Of a DNA stretch of 64,000 nucleotides, positions 29,186 through 43,300 are shown in pieces. The position numbers and the translations under genes were made by a program. This stretch comes from the human T2T-CHM13v2.0 reference genome, Homo sapiens. Positions within the stretch are counted from its first letter, which is position 1. Each line of letters starts with the position of its first letter. The notes beneath the pieces are model-generated. The model did no database searches. It was given only the letters and a program-made list of their open reading frames with translations, and was not told the origin of the DNA. The DNA lies in NCBI RefSeq assembly GCF_009914755.1, contig NC_060931.1; one strand, written 5' to 3'.

Positions 29186-30092
29186 CTTTGTGGTTTTATC
29201 TACTTTTGGTCTTTGACGATGGTGATGTACAGATGGGTTTTCGGTGTAGATGTCCTTTCTGGTTGTTAGTTTTCCTTCTAACAGACAGGACCCTCAGCTG
29301 CAGGTCTGTTGGAATACCCTGCCGTGTGAGGTGTCAGTGTGCCCCTGCTGGGGGGTGCCTCCCAGTTAGGCTGCTCGGGGGTCAGGGGTCAGGGACCCAC
29401 TTGAGGAGGCAGTCTGCCCGTTCTCAGATCTCCAGCTGCGTGCTGGGAGAACCACTGCTCTCTTCAAAGCTGTCAGACAGGGACACTTAAGTCTGCAGAG
29501 GTTACTGCTGTCTTTTTGTTTGTCTGTGCCCTGCCCCCAGAGGTGGAGCCTACAGAGGCAGGCAGGCAGGCCTCCTTGAGCTGTGGTGGGCTCCACCCAG
29601 TTCGAGCTTCCTGGCTGCTTTGTTTACCTAAGCAAGCCTGGGCAATGGCAGGCGCCCCTCCCCCAGCCTCGTTGCCGCCTTGCAGATTGATCTCAGACTG
29701 CTGTGCTAGCAATCAGCGAGATTCCGTGGGCGTAGGACCCTCTGAGCCAGGTGTGGGATATAGTCTCGTGGTGCGCCGTTTCTTAAGCCGGTCTGAAAAG
29801 CGCAATATTCGGGTGGGAGTGACCCGATTTTCCAGGTGCGTCCATCACCCCTTTCTTTGACTCGGAAAGGGAACTCCCTGACCCCTTGCGCTTCCCAGGT
29901 GAGGCAAAGCCTCGCCCTGCTTCGGCTCGCGCACGGTGCGCACACACACTGGCCTGCGCCCACTGTCTGGCACTCCCTAGTGAGATGAACCCGGTACCTC
30001 AGATGGAAATGCAGAAATCACCCATCTTCTGCGTCGCTCACGCTGGGAGCTGCAGACGGGAGCTGTTCCTATTCGGCCATCTTGGCTCCTCC
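29186..30092 (-). promoter_or_regulatory. L1 5'UTR with internal sense and antisense promoters, CpG-rich; YY1 site at 30075-30084
   Basis: This is the only long GC/CpG-rich segment in the window. CAAGATGGCC (YY1 motif) is intact on the minus strand. The ~907 bp length fits the L1PA2/L1HS-type UTR lacking the 129-bp segment. Confidence 0.88.
29645..29860 (+). CDS. L1 ORF0: LINE-1 ORF0 (71 aa primate antisense ORF), intact
   Basis: ATG at 29645 inside the listed 29516-29860 ORF gives MAGAPPPASLPPCRLISDCCASNQRDSVGVGPSEPGVGYSLVVRRFLSRSEKRNIRVGVTRFSRCVHHPFL. 216 nt = 71 aa plus stop. Confidence 0.9.
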   Translation: MAGAPPPASLPPCRLISDCCASNQRDSVGVGPSEPGVGYSLVVRRFLSRSEKRNIRVGVTRFSRCVHHPFL

Positions 30093-33000
30093 GGAATTTT
30101 CGTTTTTTGCAATTGACCTCAATGAGCCCCCATATGTCCATTTGCAGAATGGACAAAAATGTGTTTCCAAACTGTTATATGAAAAGAAATGTTTACCTCT
30201 GAGAGATGAATGCACACATCACAAATCACTTTATCAGATAGCTTCCTTCTAGTTTTCATCCTAGGATATTTGCTTTTTTGCCATTGGCCTCAATGAGCTA
30301 CGAAATGTCTATTCACAGAATGGACAAAAACAGTGTTTCCAAATTTCAGAATCAAATGAAATTTTTAACTCTGTGAGATGAAGGCACACATCACAAAGCA
30401 GTTTCTAAGAAAGCTTCTTTCTAGTTTTTATCTGAAGACATTTTCTTTTCCAACACAGGCCTCAGTGCACTCCCAAATATCTCTTCACAGACTCTACAAA
30501 AACAGTGTTTTCAAACTGTGAATGAAAAGCCTGTTTAACTCTGTGAGATAAATGTACACATCAAAAAGTCTTTTCTCAGATAACTTCCTTCTAGTTTTAT
30601 CCCAGAATACTCACTTTTTTGCCATTGGCTTCAAAGAGCTCCCAAATGTCCATTCACAGAATGAACAAAAATAATGTTTCCAAACTGCTGAATCAAAAGA
30701 AAGGTTTCACTCTGAGAGGTATGCAGACATCCAAAAGTGGTTTCTCACAAAGCTTCCTTCTAGTTTTATCCTGGGATATTCGTTTTTTCACCATTGGCCT
30801 CAATGAGCTCCCAAATGTCCATTCGCAGAATGGACAAAACAGTTTTTCCAAACTGCTGAATGAATATAAATGTTTCACTCTGTGAGATGAATGCACATTG
30901 GAAAGTGGTTTCTCAGAAAATTTCTTCCAGCTTTTATCCTGAGATGATCTCTTTTTCATCTTTGGCCTCAATGAGCTACCAAATATGCATACACAGAATG
31001 GACAAAAACAGTGTTTCCAAACTGTTGAGTCAAAAATTTTTTTTAACTCTGTGAGATGAATACACACATCACAAGGCCATTTCTCAGATAGATTCCTTTC
31101 AGTTTTTATCCAGGTATACTCACTATTTTGCATTTGACCTCAATGAGCTCCAAAATATGCATACATAGAGTGGAGAAAAACAGTATTTCCAATCTGCTGA
31201 ATGAAAAGTGAGGTTTAACTCTGTGAGATGAATGCACACGTCACAAAGTGGTATCTCAGGTAGATTCCTTCTAGTTTTTATCATGGGGTAATCGATTTTT
31301 TGCAATTGGCTTGGATGAGCTCCCAAATGTCCATTCGCAGAATGGACAAAAACAATGTTTCCAAACTACTTAATAAAAAGAAAGGTTAAACTCTATGAGA
31401 TGAATGAACACATCACAAAGTAGTTTCTCAGAAATCTTCTTTCTAGTTTTTATCTGAAGATATTTTGTTTTCATCATAGGCCTCAATGCACTCACAAATA
31501 TCAATTGAGAGATTCTACAAAAACAGTGTTTCCAAACTTCTGAATGAAAAGGAGGGTTTCACTCTGCGAGGTGAATGCACACATCACAAAGTGGTTTCTC
31601 ACACAGCTTCATTCTAGTTTTTGTCCTGCGATATTTGCTTTTTTGCCATTGGCCTGAATGAGGTCCCAAATGTCCATGCACAGAAAGGACAAAAGCAGTT
31701 TTTCCAAACTGCTGAATCAAAATAAGGATTTAAATCTGCCAAAAGAATGCACACATCCCAAGGCAGTTTCTCAGATAACTTCCTTCTAGATTTTATACTG
31801 GGATATTTGCTTTTTCACCATTGGCCTCAATGAGCTCCCAAATGTCCATTCACAGAATGGACAAAAAGAGTGTTTCCAAACTGCTGAATCAAAAAAAATT
31901 TTAACTCTGTGAGATGAATGCAAACATCACAAGGCAGTTTCTCAGATAAATTGCTTCAAGTTTTTATCCTGGTATAACAGCTTTTTGCCTTTGGCCTAAA
32001 TAAGCTCCCAAATCTCCATTTTCATAATGGATAGAAACAGTGTCTCCAACCTGCTGAATGAAAAGAAAGGTTTAACTCTATGAGATGAGTGAACACATCA
32101 CAAAGCGGTTTCTCAGATATCTTTCTTCTAGTTTTTATCCTGGGATATTCGCTTTTTCACCATTGGCCTAGATGAGCTCAAAAATGTGCTTTTGCAGAAT
32201 GGACAAAACAGTTTTTCCAAACTGCTGAATGAAAATAAATGTTTAACTCGGTGAGATGAATACACACATCACAAGACTGTTTCTCAGAAAGCTTCTTTCT
32301 ACTTTTTATCTGAAGATATTTTCTTTTTCACCATAGGCCTCAATATGCTCCAAAATATCCCTTCACAGATCCTACAAAAACAGTGTTTCCAAACTGCTGA
32401 ATGTAAAGAAAGGCTTATCTCTATGAGATGAATGCATGCATCACAAAGTTGTTTGTCAGATAGCTTCCTTCTAGTTTTTGTCCTGGGATATTCTCTTTTT
32501 TGCCTTGTCTTCATTGAGCTCCTAAATGTCCATTCACAGAATGGACAAAAATAGTGTTTACAAACTGCTGTATGAAAAGAAAGTGTTAACTCTGTTAGAT
32601 GAATGCACACATCACAAAGCAGTTTCTCAGATAGATTACTTCTAGTTTTTATCATGGGATATTCACTTTTTGCCATTGGCATCAATGAGATCCTAAATGT
32701 CCTTTTGCAGAATTGACCAAAACAGTGATTCAAAAATGCAGAATCAAAAGAAAGGTTTAGCTCTGTGAGATGAAGGCACACATCATAACGCAGCTTCTCA
32801 GAAACCTTCTTTCTAGTTTTTATCTAAAGATATTTCCTTTTTCACCATAAGCCTTAACACGCTCCCAAATTTCCCTTCACAGATTCTTAAAAAAAGTGTT
32901 TCCAAACTGCTAAATGAAAAGAAAAGTTTATCTCTGTGAGGCAAAGGCTCACATCACAAAGCAGTTTCTCAGATAGCTTTCTTCTAGTTTTTATCCTGGG

Positions 33001-33971
33001 ATATTTGCTTTTTCCCTTTTGGCCTCAATGAGCTCCCAAATGTACTTTCACAGAATGGACAAAAACAGAGTTTCCAAACACCTGAATCAGAAGAAAAGTT
33101 TAACCTTGTGAGACGAATGCAAACATCACAAAGCACTTTCTCAGAAAGCTTCTTTCTTTTTTTAATCTGGAGATATTTTCTTTTTCACCAAAGACCTTAA
33201 TGCACTCCGAATTATCCCTTTGCAGATTTTACAAAAAGAGTGTTTTCAAACTTCTGGCTAAAAAGGAAAGTTTAACTCTATGAGATGAATGCACACATTA
33301 CAAAGTGGTTTCTCAGATAGATTCCTTCTAGGTTTTATCTGAAGTTACTTTATTTTTCACCATAGACATCAATGCACTCCTAAATATCACTTGACAGATT
33401 CTACAAAACAGTGTTTCCAAACAGTTGAATTCAAAGAAAACTTTGTCTATGAGAGATGATTGCCCACATCACAAAGTGGTTTCTCTGATACCTTCCTTCT
33501 AGTTTTTATCCTGGGACTTTTACTTTTTCACCATTGTCCCAAATAAGCTCAAAATGTCCATTGACAGAATGGACAAAAACATTGATTCAAAACTGTTGAA
33601 TTGAAAGAAAGTTTTAACTCTGTGAGACGAATGCACACATCACAAAGCAGATCCTCAGATAGCTTCCTTCTAGTTTTTATCCAGGAATATTCACATTTTC
33701 CTCATGGGCCTCAATGAGCTCCCAAATGTCAATTTGCCGAATTGAAAAAGACAGTGTTTACACTGCTGTATGAAAAGAGAGGTTTAACTGTGCCAGAGGA
33801 ATGTACACATGACAAAGCAGTTTCTCAGAAAGCTTCTTTCTAGTTTTTATCTGAGGATATTTCCTTTCTCACCATGGTCCTGAACACACTTCCAAATATC
33901 CCTTTTCATATTCTACAAAAAAAGTGTTTCTGAACTGCTAAATGAAAAGAAGTTTTAACCCTGCAAGATGA

Positions 33972-34311
<340 letters not shown>

Positions 34312-37300
34312 CCTTCTAGTTTTTATCCTGGGATATTCACTTTTTCGCCATTGGCCTCAATGAGATCCCAAATGTCCATTCGCAGAATGGGCAAAATCAG
34401 TATTTCCAAACTGCTGAAACAAAAGAAAGGTTTAACTCTTTGAGATGAATGCACACATCACAAAACAGTATCTCAGAAAGCTTCTGTTAGTTTTCAATTT
34501 GAAGATATTTTCTTTTTCACCATAACCTCATTATGCTCCCAAATATCCTTCCACAGGTTCTGCAAAAAGAGTGCTTCCAAAATGCTGAATGAAAAGAATG
34601 CTTTAACTCTGCAAGCTGAATGCACACATCACAAATTGGTTTCACAGATAGCTTCCTTCTAGTTTTTATTGGGGATATCCAGTTTTACACAATTGGCCTC
34701 AAAGATCTCCAAAATGTGCATTTGTAGAATAGACAAAAACAGTGTTTCCAAACTACTTAATCAAAAGAAAGGTTTATTTCTGTGAAATGAATGCACATAT
34801 CACAAAGCAGTTTCTCAGAAAATTATTTCTGGTTTTTATCTGAAGATATTGTCTCTTTCACCATACGCCTCAATGCTCTACCTAATATCTGTTGGCAGAT
34901 TCTATAAAAAAATTGTTTCCAAACTTCTGAATGAAAAGAAGGGTTTAACTCTGTGAGATAAATGCAGACATCACAGAGCAGTTTCTCAGATAGCTTCCTC
35001 CTAGTTTTTATCCTGGCATATGCATGTTTTTGCCTTTGGCCTCAACGAGCTCCCTAAAGTCCATTGGCAGAATGGACAACAATGGTGTTCTCAAACTGCT
35101 GAATGAAAAGAAAAGTTTAACTCTGCGAGATGAATGCACACATCATTAAACAGTTTCTCAGATAACTTCTTTCTAGTTTTTATCCTGGGATGTTCACTTT
35201 TTCTCCATTGGCCTAAATGCACTCCAATTGTTCATTCGCAGAATGGAGAAAAACAGTGTTTCCAAACTGCTGAATGAAAAGAAAGGTTTAACTCTGCAAG
35301 CTGAATGCACACATCCCAAAGCAGTTTCCCAGATAGCTTCCTCCTGATGTTTATCCAGGGACATTCGATTTTTGGCCATTGGCTTCATTGCGCTCCCAAA
35401 TGTCCATTCACAGAATGAACAAAAACATTGTTTCCAAACTGCTGAATCAAAAGAAAGGTTTAACTATGTGAGATCAATTCACACATCACAAAGCAGTTTC
35501 TCAGACATCTTTTTTCTAGTTTTTATCTGAAGATATTTTCTTTTTCACCATAGGCCTCAATGTACTCCCAAATATCCCTTCACAGATTCTACAAAACAGT
35601 GGTTCCAAACTGCTGAAAGAAGAAAGTTTTAACTCTATGAGATGAGTGCACTCATCAGAAAGCAGTTTCTTAGAGAGCTTCTTGATAGTTTTTGCAATGG
35701 GATATTCGTTTTTTTGCCTTTGGCCTCCATTATCTACCAAATGTCCATTCGGAGAATGGACGAAAAAATTGTTTTAAAACTGCTGAATCAAACAAAGGTT
35801 TAACTCTGTGAGATGAATGCACACACCACAAAGCAGTTTCTAAGAAAGATTCTTCCTAGTTTTTATCTGAAGGTATTTTCTTTTTGTACATATGCCTCAT
35901 TGAGCTTCCAAATGTCCATTTGCATATTCTACAAAACAGTTCTTCCAAAAGCACAGTTGAAAAGCAGAATAAAAAGAAAGATTAAACTCCTCAACCTTAA
36001 TGCAAACATGACAAATCGGTTTCTCAAATAATTTCCTTCCAGTATTTATCCTGGGATAATTGCTTTTTTGCCTTTGGCTTCAATGAGCTCCAAAATGTCC
36101 ATTCACAGAATGGACAAATACAGTGTTTCCAAACTGCTGAACCAAAAGTAAAATTTATTCTGTGAAATCAATGCACACATCACAGAACGGTTTCTCAGAT
36201 AGCTTCCTTCTAGTTTTTATCCTGGGATATTCTGTTTTTCTCCACTGGCCTCAATGAGCACCCAAATGTTCACTTGCAGATTGGACAAAAACAGTGTTCC
36301 ACAAGAGCTGAATGAAAAGAAAGTTTTAATTCTGTGAGTTGAATACAAACATAACACAGTGGTTGCTGAGATAGCTTCCACTTAGTTTTTTCCCTGGGAC
36401 ACTTGTTTTTTTGCTATTGGCTTCAATGAGCTTCAAAATGTCCATTCTCAGAATGGACAAAAACAATGTTTCCAAAATGCTTAATCAAAAGAAAGTTTTA
36501 ACTGTGTGAGAAAAATGCACACATCACAAAGCAGTTTCTCAGAGAGCTTCTTTCTAGTTTTTATTTGAAGATATTCTGTTTATCACCATAGGCCTCAATG
36601 CACTCCCAAATATCCCTTCGCAGTTTCTACAAAAACAGTATTTTCAAACTGCTGAATGTAAAAAAGTTTTAACTCTGTGAGATGAATGCTCCCATCACAA
36701 AGTGGTTTCCCAGATAGTTTCCTTCTGTTTTTTATCCTGGGATATTCGCTTTTCCTCATTGGCCTAAATTAGATCTCAAATATCCATTTGCAGAATGGAC
36801 AAAAACAGTGTTTCCAAGCTGCTGAATCAAAATAAAGGTTTCACTGTGTGAGATGAATGCACATATCACAAAGCAGTTTCTCAGATAGCTTCTTTCCAGT
36901 TTTTATCCTGGGATATTCACTTTTTCCTGATTGACTTCAAACAGCTCCCAAATGTCCATTTTCAGGATGGAAAAAAACAGTGTTTCCAAACTCCTGAATT
37001 AAAAGAAAGTTTTCATCTGTGAGATGAATGCAAACACCACAAAGCAATTTCTCAGAAAGCTTCTTTCTAGTTTTTAACTGAAGATATTTTATTTTTCACC
37101 ATAGGCCTCATTGTGCTCCAAATATTCCCTCATAGATTCTACAAAAATGGTGTTTCCAAACTGATCGATGAAAAGAAAGGAGTAACTCTGCAAGATGAAT
37201 ACACACATCACTAAGCAGTTTTTTTAAGATAATTTCCTTCTAGGTTTTATCATGCTACATTTGCATTTCCCCATTGGCCTCAATGAGCTTCCAAATGTCC

Positions 37301-40300
37301 AATCACAGAATGGACAAAAACAGTGTTTCCAAACTGCTGAATCAACATAAAGTTTTAACTCTCTGAGATGAATGCATACATCACAAGCTGTTTCTCAGAT
37401 AGCTTATTTCTAGTTTTCATCTGAAGATACTTTCGTTTTCATCATAGGTTTCAATGCACTCCCCAATATCCATTCACAGATTTTTTAAAAAAATATTGCT
37501 TCCAAACTGTTGAAGGAAAAGAAAGGTATAACTCTGTGAGACGAATTCACACATCACAAAGATATTTCTCGGATAGCTTCCTCTTAGTTTTTATCTTGGG
37601 ACATTCAATTTTTCACCCTTGGCCTCAATGAGCTCCCAAATGTCCATTTGCAGATCTACAAAAAAACGGTTCCCAAACTGCTGAATGAAAAGAAAGATTT
37701 AATTCCTTGAGATGAATGCTCACATGACATAGATGTTTCTCAGATAGCTTCCTTCTAGTTTTTGTCATGGGATATTCACTTTTTTGTCCTTGGCCTTGAT
37801 TAGCTCCCAAATATCCATTCACAGAATGGACTAAAACAGTGTTTCCTAACTTCTGAAACAAAAGAAAGGTTTAACTCTGTGAGATGAAAGCACACATCAC
37901 AAAGCAGTTTCTCAGAAAGCTTCTTTCTAGTTTTTATCTGATGATATTTACCTTAGGCCTCAATGCACCACAAATTTCCATTTGCAGATTTTAGAAATCA
38001 GTGTTTCCAAACAGCTGAATGAAAAGAAAGATTTTACTCCTCGAGGTGAACGAACACATCACAAAGTGGTTTCTTAGATTGCTTCCATCTCTTTGTATGG
38101 TGGGATATCCTCTTTTTCACCTTTGGCCTCAATGAGCTTCCAAATGTAGATGTGTAGAATGGAAAAAACAGTGTTTCCAAACTGCTGAATCAAGAGAAAG
38201 TTTTTGTCTCTCTGAGATGAAAGCACACATCACAAAACGGTTTCTCAGATAGATTCCACTTAGTGTTTATACTGGGATGTTCACTTTTTCACCATTGGCC
38301 TCAATAAGCTCCCAAATGTCCATTCACAGAGTGGACAAAAGCAGTGTTTTCAAACTGCTGAATTAAAAAAAGGTTTATCTCAGTGAGATGAATGCTTACT
38401 TCACAAAGCAGTTTCTCAGAAATCCTCTTTCTAGTTTTTATCTGAAAATATTTTCTTTTTCACTATAGGCCTCAATGCGCTCCCCACTGTCCCTTCTCAG
38501 ATTCTAGGAAAACACCTTTTCCAAACTGCTGAATAAAAAGAAAGATATAACTCCTCGAGCTGAATGCACACATCACAAACAGGTTTATCAGATAGCTTCC
38601 TTCTGTTTTCATTCTGGAATATTCGATATTTCACCATTGACATCAGCAAAGTCCCAAATGTCCTTTTGCAGAATGGACAAAAGCAGTGTTTCCAAACTGA
38701 TGAATCAAAAGAAAGTTTAAATCTGTTAGATGAATGCACACATCACAAAGTGGTTTCTAAGACAGTTTCCTTCTGTTTTTATTCTGGGATATCCCCGTTC
38801 TTGCCATTGGCATCAAAGAGCTCCAAAATGTCCATTCGCAGAATGGACAAAAACAGTGTTTCTAAACAGCTGAATGAACACAAATGTTTAACTCGTGAGA
38901 TTAATGCACACACCACAAAGCAGTCTCTCAGAAAGCTTCTTTCTAGATTTATCTGAAGATATTTTCTTTTTCACCATAGGCCTCAATGAGATCCCAAATA
39001 TCCCTTTGCAGATTCTTCAAAAACAGTTTTTGCAAAGTGCTGAATAAAAAGAGAGTTTTAACTTGGCAAAATGAGTGCACACATCAAAAGCAGTTTCTCA
39101 GATAGCTTCCTTGTAGTTTTTATCCTTGTATGTTTGCTTTTTTGCCATTGACCTCAATGAGCTCCCAAATGTCCATCAGGATGAAAAAAAACAGTGTCTC
39201 AAAACTGCTGAATGAAAGGAAATGTTTAACTCTGTGAGATTAATGCATACATTACAAAGCAGTTTCTCAGAGAGCTTCCACATAGTATTCATCCTGGGAC
39301 GTTTGATTTCTTGCCATTGGCCTCACTGAGCTCCCAAATGTCCATTCACAGAATGGACAAAAATAGTTTCCAAATTGCAGAATCAAAAGAAACTTTTAAC
39401 TCTTTGAGATGAGTGCATATGTCACAAAGCAGTTTCTCAGAAATATTCTTTCTAATTTTTATATGAAGGTATTTTGTTTTTAACCATAGACCTCAATGTG
39501 CTCCAAAATATTTCTTTGCAGATGCTACAAAAAAGAGTTTTTCCAAACTGCCTAATGAAAAGAAAGGTTTACCTCAGTGAGATGAATGAATACATCACAA
39601 AGAGGTTTCTCAAGTAGGTTCAGTCTCATCTTCTTCCTGGGATAGTCCCTTTTTCGACATTGGCCTCAATGAGTTCTCAAATGTCCATTCAGAATGGAAG
39701 AAAAAAGCAGTTTTTCAAAACTGTTGAAGGAAAGGAAAGATTTAACTCTGCTAGATGAATGCACACATCACAAAGCAGCTTCACAGAGTGCTTCCTTCTG
39801 TTTTTGTTCTGGGTTATTTGCTTTTTTTTTTGCAATTGGCCCCCATGAGCTCCCTAAAGTCCATTTGAAAAATTGACAAAAACAGTGTTTCCAAACTGCT
39901 GAATGAAAAGAAAGATTTAAGTCTGTGAGATGAATGGAAGCACCCAAACTGTTTTCTCAGATAGCTTCCTCTAAGTTTTTATCCTGGGACATTCCCTTTT
40001 TCACTATTGGCTTGAAAGAGCAGCAAAATGTCCATTTGCAGAAAAGACAAAAACAGTGTTTCCAAACCGCTGAATCAAAAGAAAGTTTTAACTCTCTGAG
40101 ACAAATGCACACATCACAAAGAGGTTTCTCATAGTGCTTCCTTCTAGTTTTTATCCTGGGATATTCTCTTCTTTGCCATTGACCTCAATGAACTCCCAAA
40201 TTTTCATAATGGGCAAAAACAAAGTTTAAAAACACTGAATCAAAAGAATGGTTTAACCCTGAGAGATGAATGCACACATCACAAAGCAGTTTTTCAAAAA

Positions 40301-43300
40301 CATTTTTTTGTTTCCATCTGAAGATGTTTTCTTTTCAACCATAAGCCTCAATTCACTCCCAAATGTCCATTCATAGATTCTACAAAAAAAGTGTTTTGGA
40401 ACTGCAGAATGAATAGAAAGATTTAACTCTGTGAGATGAATGCACACATCACAAAGTGGTTTCTCAGACAGATTCCTCTTAGTGTTTATCCTGGGGCATT
40501 CCATTTTTTGCCATTGTCCTTAATGAACACCAAAATGTCCATTCACAGCATGGACAAAAACAGCATTTCTAAACTTCTGACTCAAAAGAAACATTTAACT
40601 CTATGAGATGAATGCACACATCACAAAGAAGTTTATCAGAAAGCTTCTTTCTAGTTTTTATCTGAAGGTATTATATTTTCACCCCAGGTCTCAATGTGCA
40701 CCCAAATATCCCTTTGCAGATTCTGGTTTCTCAGATAGATTCCTCTTAGTGTTTATCCTGGGGCATTCCATTTTTTGCCATTGTCCTTAATGAACTCCAA
40801 AAGGTCCGTTCAGAGAATGGACAAAAACAGTGTTCCTAAACTGTTGAATCAAAAGAAATGTTTAATTCTGTGAGATGAATGCAGACATCACAAAGCACTT
40901 TCTCAAAAAGCTTCTTTCTGGTTTTTATCTGAAGATCCCTTCACATATTCTACATAAACAGTGTTTCCAAACTGTTGAAGCAAAAGAAACTTTTAACTCT
41001 GTGAGATGAATACACACATCAGAAAAATGTTTCTGAGATAGATTTCATCTAGTTTTTATCCTGGCATATTCACTTTTTCACCATTGGCCTCAATGAGCTC
41101 CCAAATATCCAGACAAAAACAGTGTTTCCAAACTACTGAACAAAAAAAAAGGATTAGCTATGTGATATGAATGCACACATAACAGAGAGGTATCTCAGAT
41201 AGTTTCCTTCTAGTTTTTATCTGGTGATATTTGCTTTTTTGCCATTTGCCTCAATGAGCTCCTATATGTCCACCACAGAATGGACAAAAACAGTTTTTCC
41301 AAGCTGCTAAATGAAAAGAAAGTTTTAACTCTGCAAGTTGAATGCACATTTCACAAAAAGTTTTCTCAGATAGCTTCCTTCTTCTTTTCATCCTGGGACA
41401 TTGAATTTTTCATCATTGGGCTTAAAGGACCCCCAAATGTCCAATTGCAAAATAAACAAAAACAGTGTTTCCAAACAACTGAATTAAAAGAAAGGTGTAA
41501 CTTTGTGAGATGAATGCATACAACATAAAGCAGTTTCTCAGAAAGCTTCTTTCTATTTTTCATCTGAAGGTATTTTCTTTTCCATCATAGGCCTCAATGT
41601 GCTCCCAAATATACCCTCACAGATTCTACAAAAAGAGTGTTTCCAAACTGCTGAATGAAAAGAAAGGTTTAACTCTGCGAGATGAATGTGCACATCACAA
41701 GGCAGTTTCTCAGATAGCTTCCTCTGAGTTTATATCCTGTGACATTCAATTTTTCGCCTTTTGCCTCAATGAGCTCCCAAATGTGCATTCCAAGGATGGA
41801 CAAATAAAGCGTTTCCAAACTGCTGAATCAAAAGAAAGGTTTAACTCTGTGAGATGAAACACATCACAAAGGAGTTTCTCAGATAGTTTCCTCTTAGTTT
41901 TTATCCTGGGACAATTCGATTTTTTGCCATTGGCCTCAAAGAGCTCCCAAATGTCCATTCAGAGAATGGACAAAAACAGTGTTTCTAAACTTTTGAATTC
42001 AAAGAAAGGTTTAAATGTCTGAGATGAATGCACACATCACAAAGCAGTTTCTCAGAAAGCTACTTTCTCATTTTTATCTGAAGATATTTTCTTTTTCAAC
42101 ATAGGCCTCAAAGCACTCCCAAATATCCCTTCAGAGATTCTACAAAAACAGTGTTTCCAAGCTGCTGAATGAAAAGAAATGTTTAACTTGCTTGATGAAT
42201 GTGCACATAACAAAGCAGTTTCTCAGATAGCTTCCTCTGAGTTTATATCCTGTGACATTCAATTTTTCACCATTGTCCTCAAAGAGCTCTGAAATGTGCA
42301 TTTCCGGAATGGACAAATAAAGTGTTTCCAAACTGCTGAATCAAAATAAAGTCTAACTCTGTGAGATGAATGCACACATCACAGAGCAGTTTCTCAGAAA
42401 GCATTTTTTCTAGCTTTTATCTACATATATTTTCTATTTGAACATAGGCCTCAATGCACTCTGAAATATCCCTTCGCAGATGCTAAAAAACGAGTTTTTC
42501 CAAACTGCTTAATGAAAAGGAAGGTTTACCTCTTTGAGATGAATGAACACATCATAAAAAGTTTTCTAATATAGCTTTCTTCTAGTTTTCATCCTGAAAT
42601 ATTTCCTTTTTCGCCACTGACCTCAATGAGCTCCCAAATTTCCATTTGCAGAATGGAAAAAACAGTGTTTCCAAACTTCTGAATCAAAAGAAAGTTTTAA
42701 GTCTGTGAGATGAATGCACACATCACGAAGTAATTTCTCAGAAAGTTTCTATTTTTATCTGAAGATATTTTCTTTTTCACCATAGGCCACAATGTGCTCC
42801 CAAATATTTATTTGCAGGTGCTACAAAAACAGTTTTTCCAAACTGCTTAATGAAAAGAAAGTTTTACCTCAGCAAGATGAATGCACACATCACAAGGGTT
42901 TCTCAGATAGCTTCCTTCTCATTTTCTTCCTGGGATATTCGTTTCTTCGCAGTTGGCCTCAGTGAGCTCCCACATGTCCATTTGCAGAATGGAAATTAAA
43001 CAGTGTTTCAAAACTGCTGAGTGAAAGGACAAGTTTAACTCTGCTAGAGGAATGCACACATCACAAAGCAGTTTCACAGATAGCTTCTTTCTGTTTTTAT
43101 TCTAGATTATTTGCTTTTTTGCCATTGGCCTCAATGAGCTCCCTAAAGTCCGTTTTCAAAAAAAGACAAAAACAGTGTTTCCAAACCACTGAATCAAAAG
43201 AAAATTTTAACTCTCTGAGACAAATGCGCACATCACAAAGCAGTTTCTCATAGAGCTTCCTTCTAGTTTTTATCCTGGGTTATTTTCTTCTCACCTTTGA

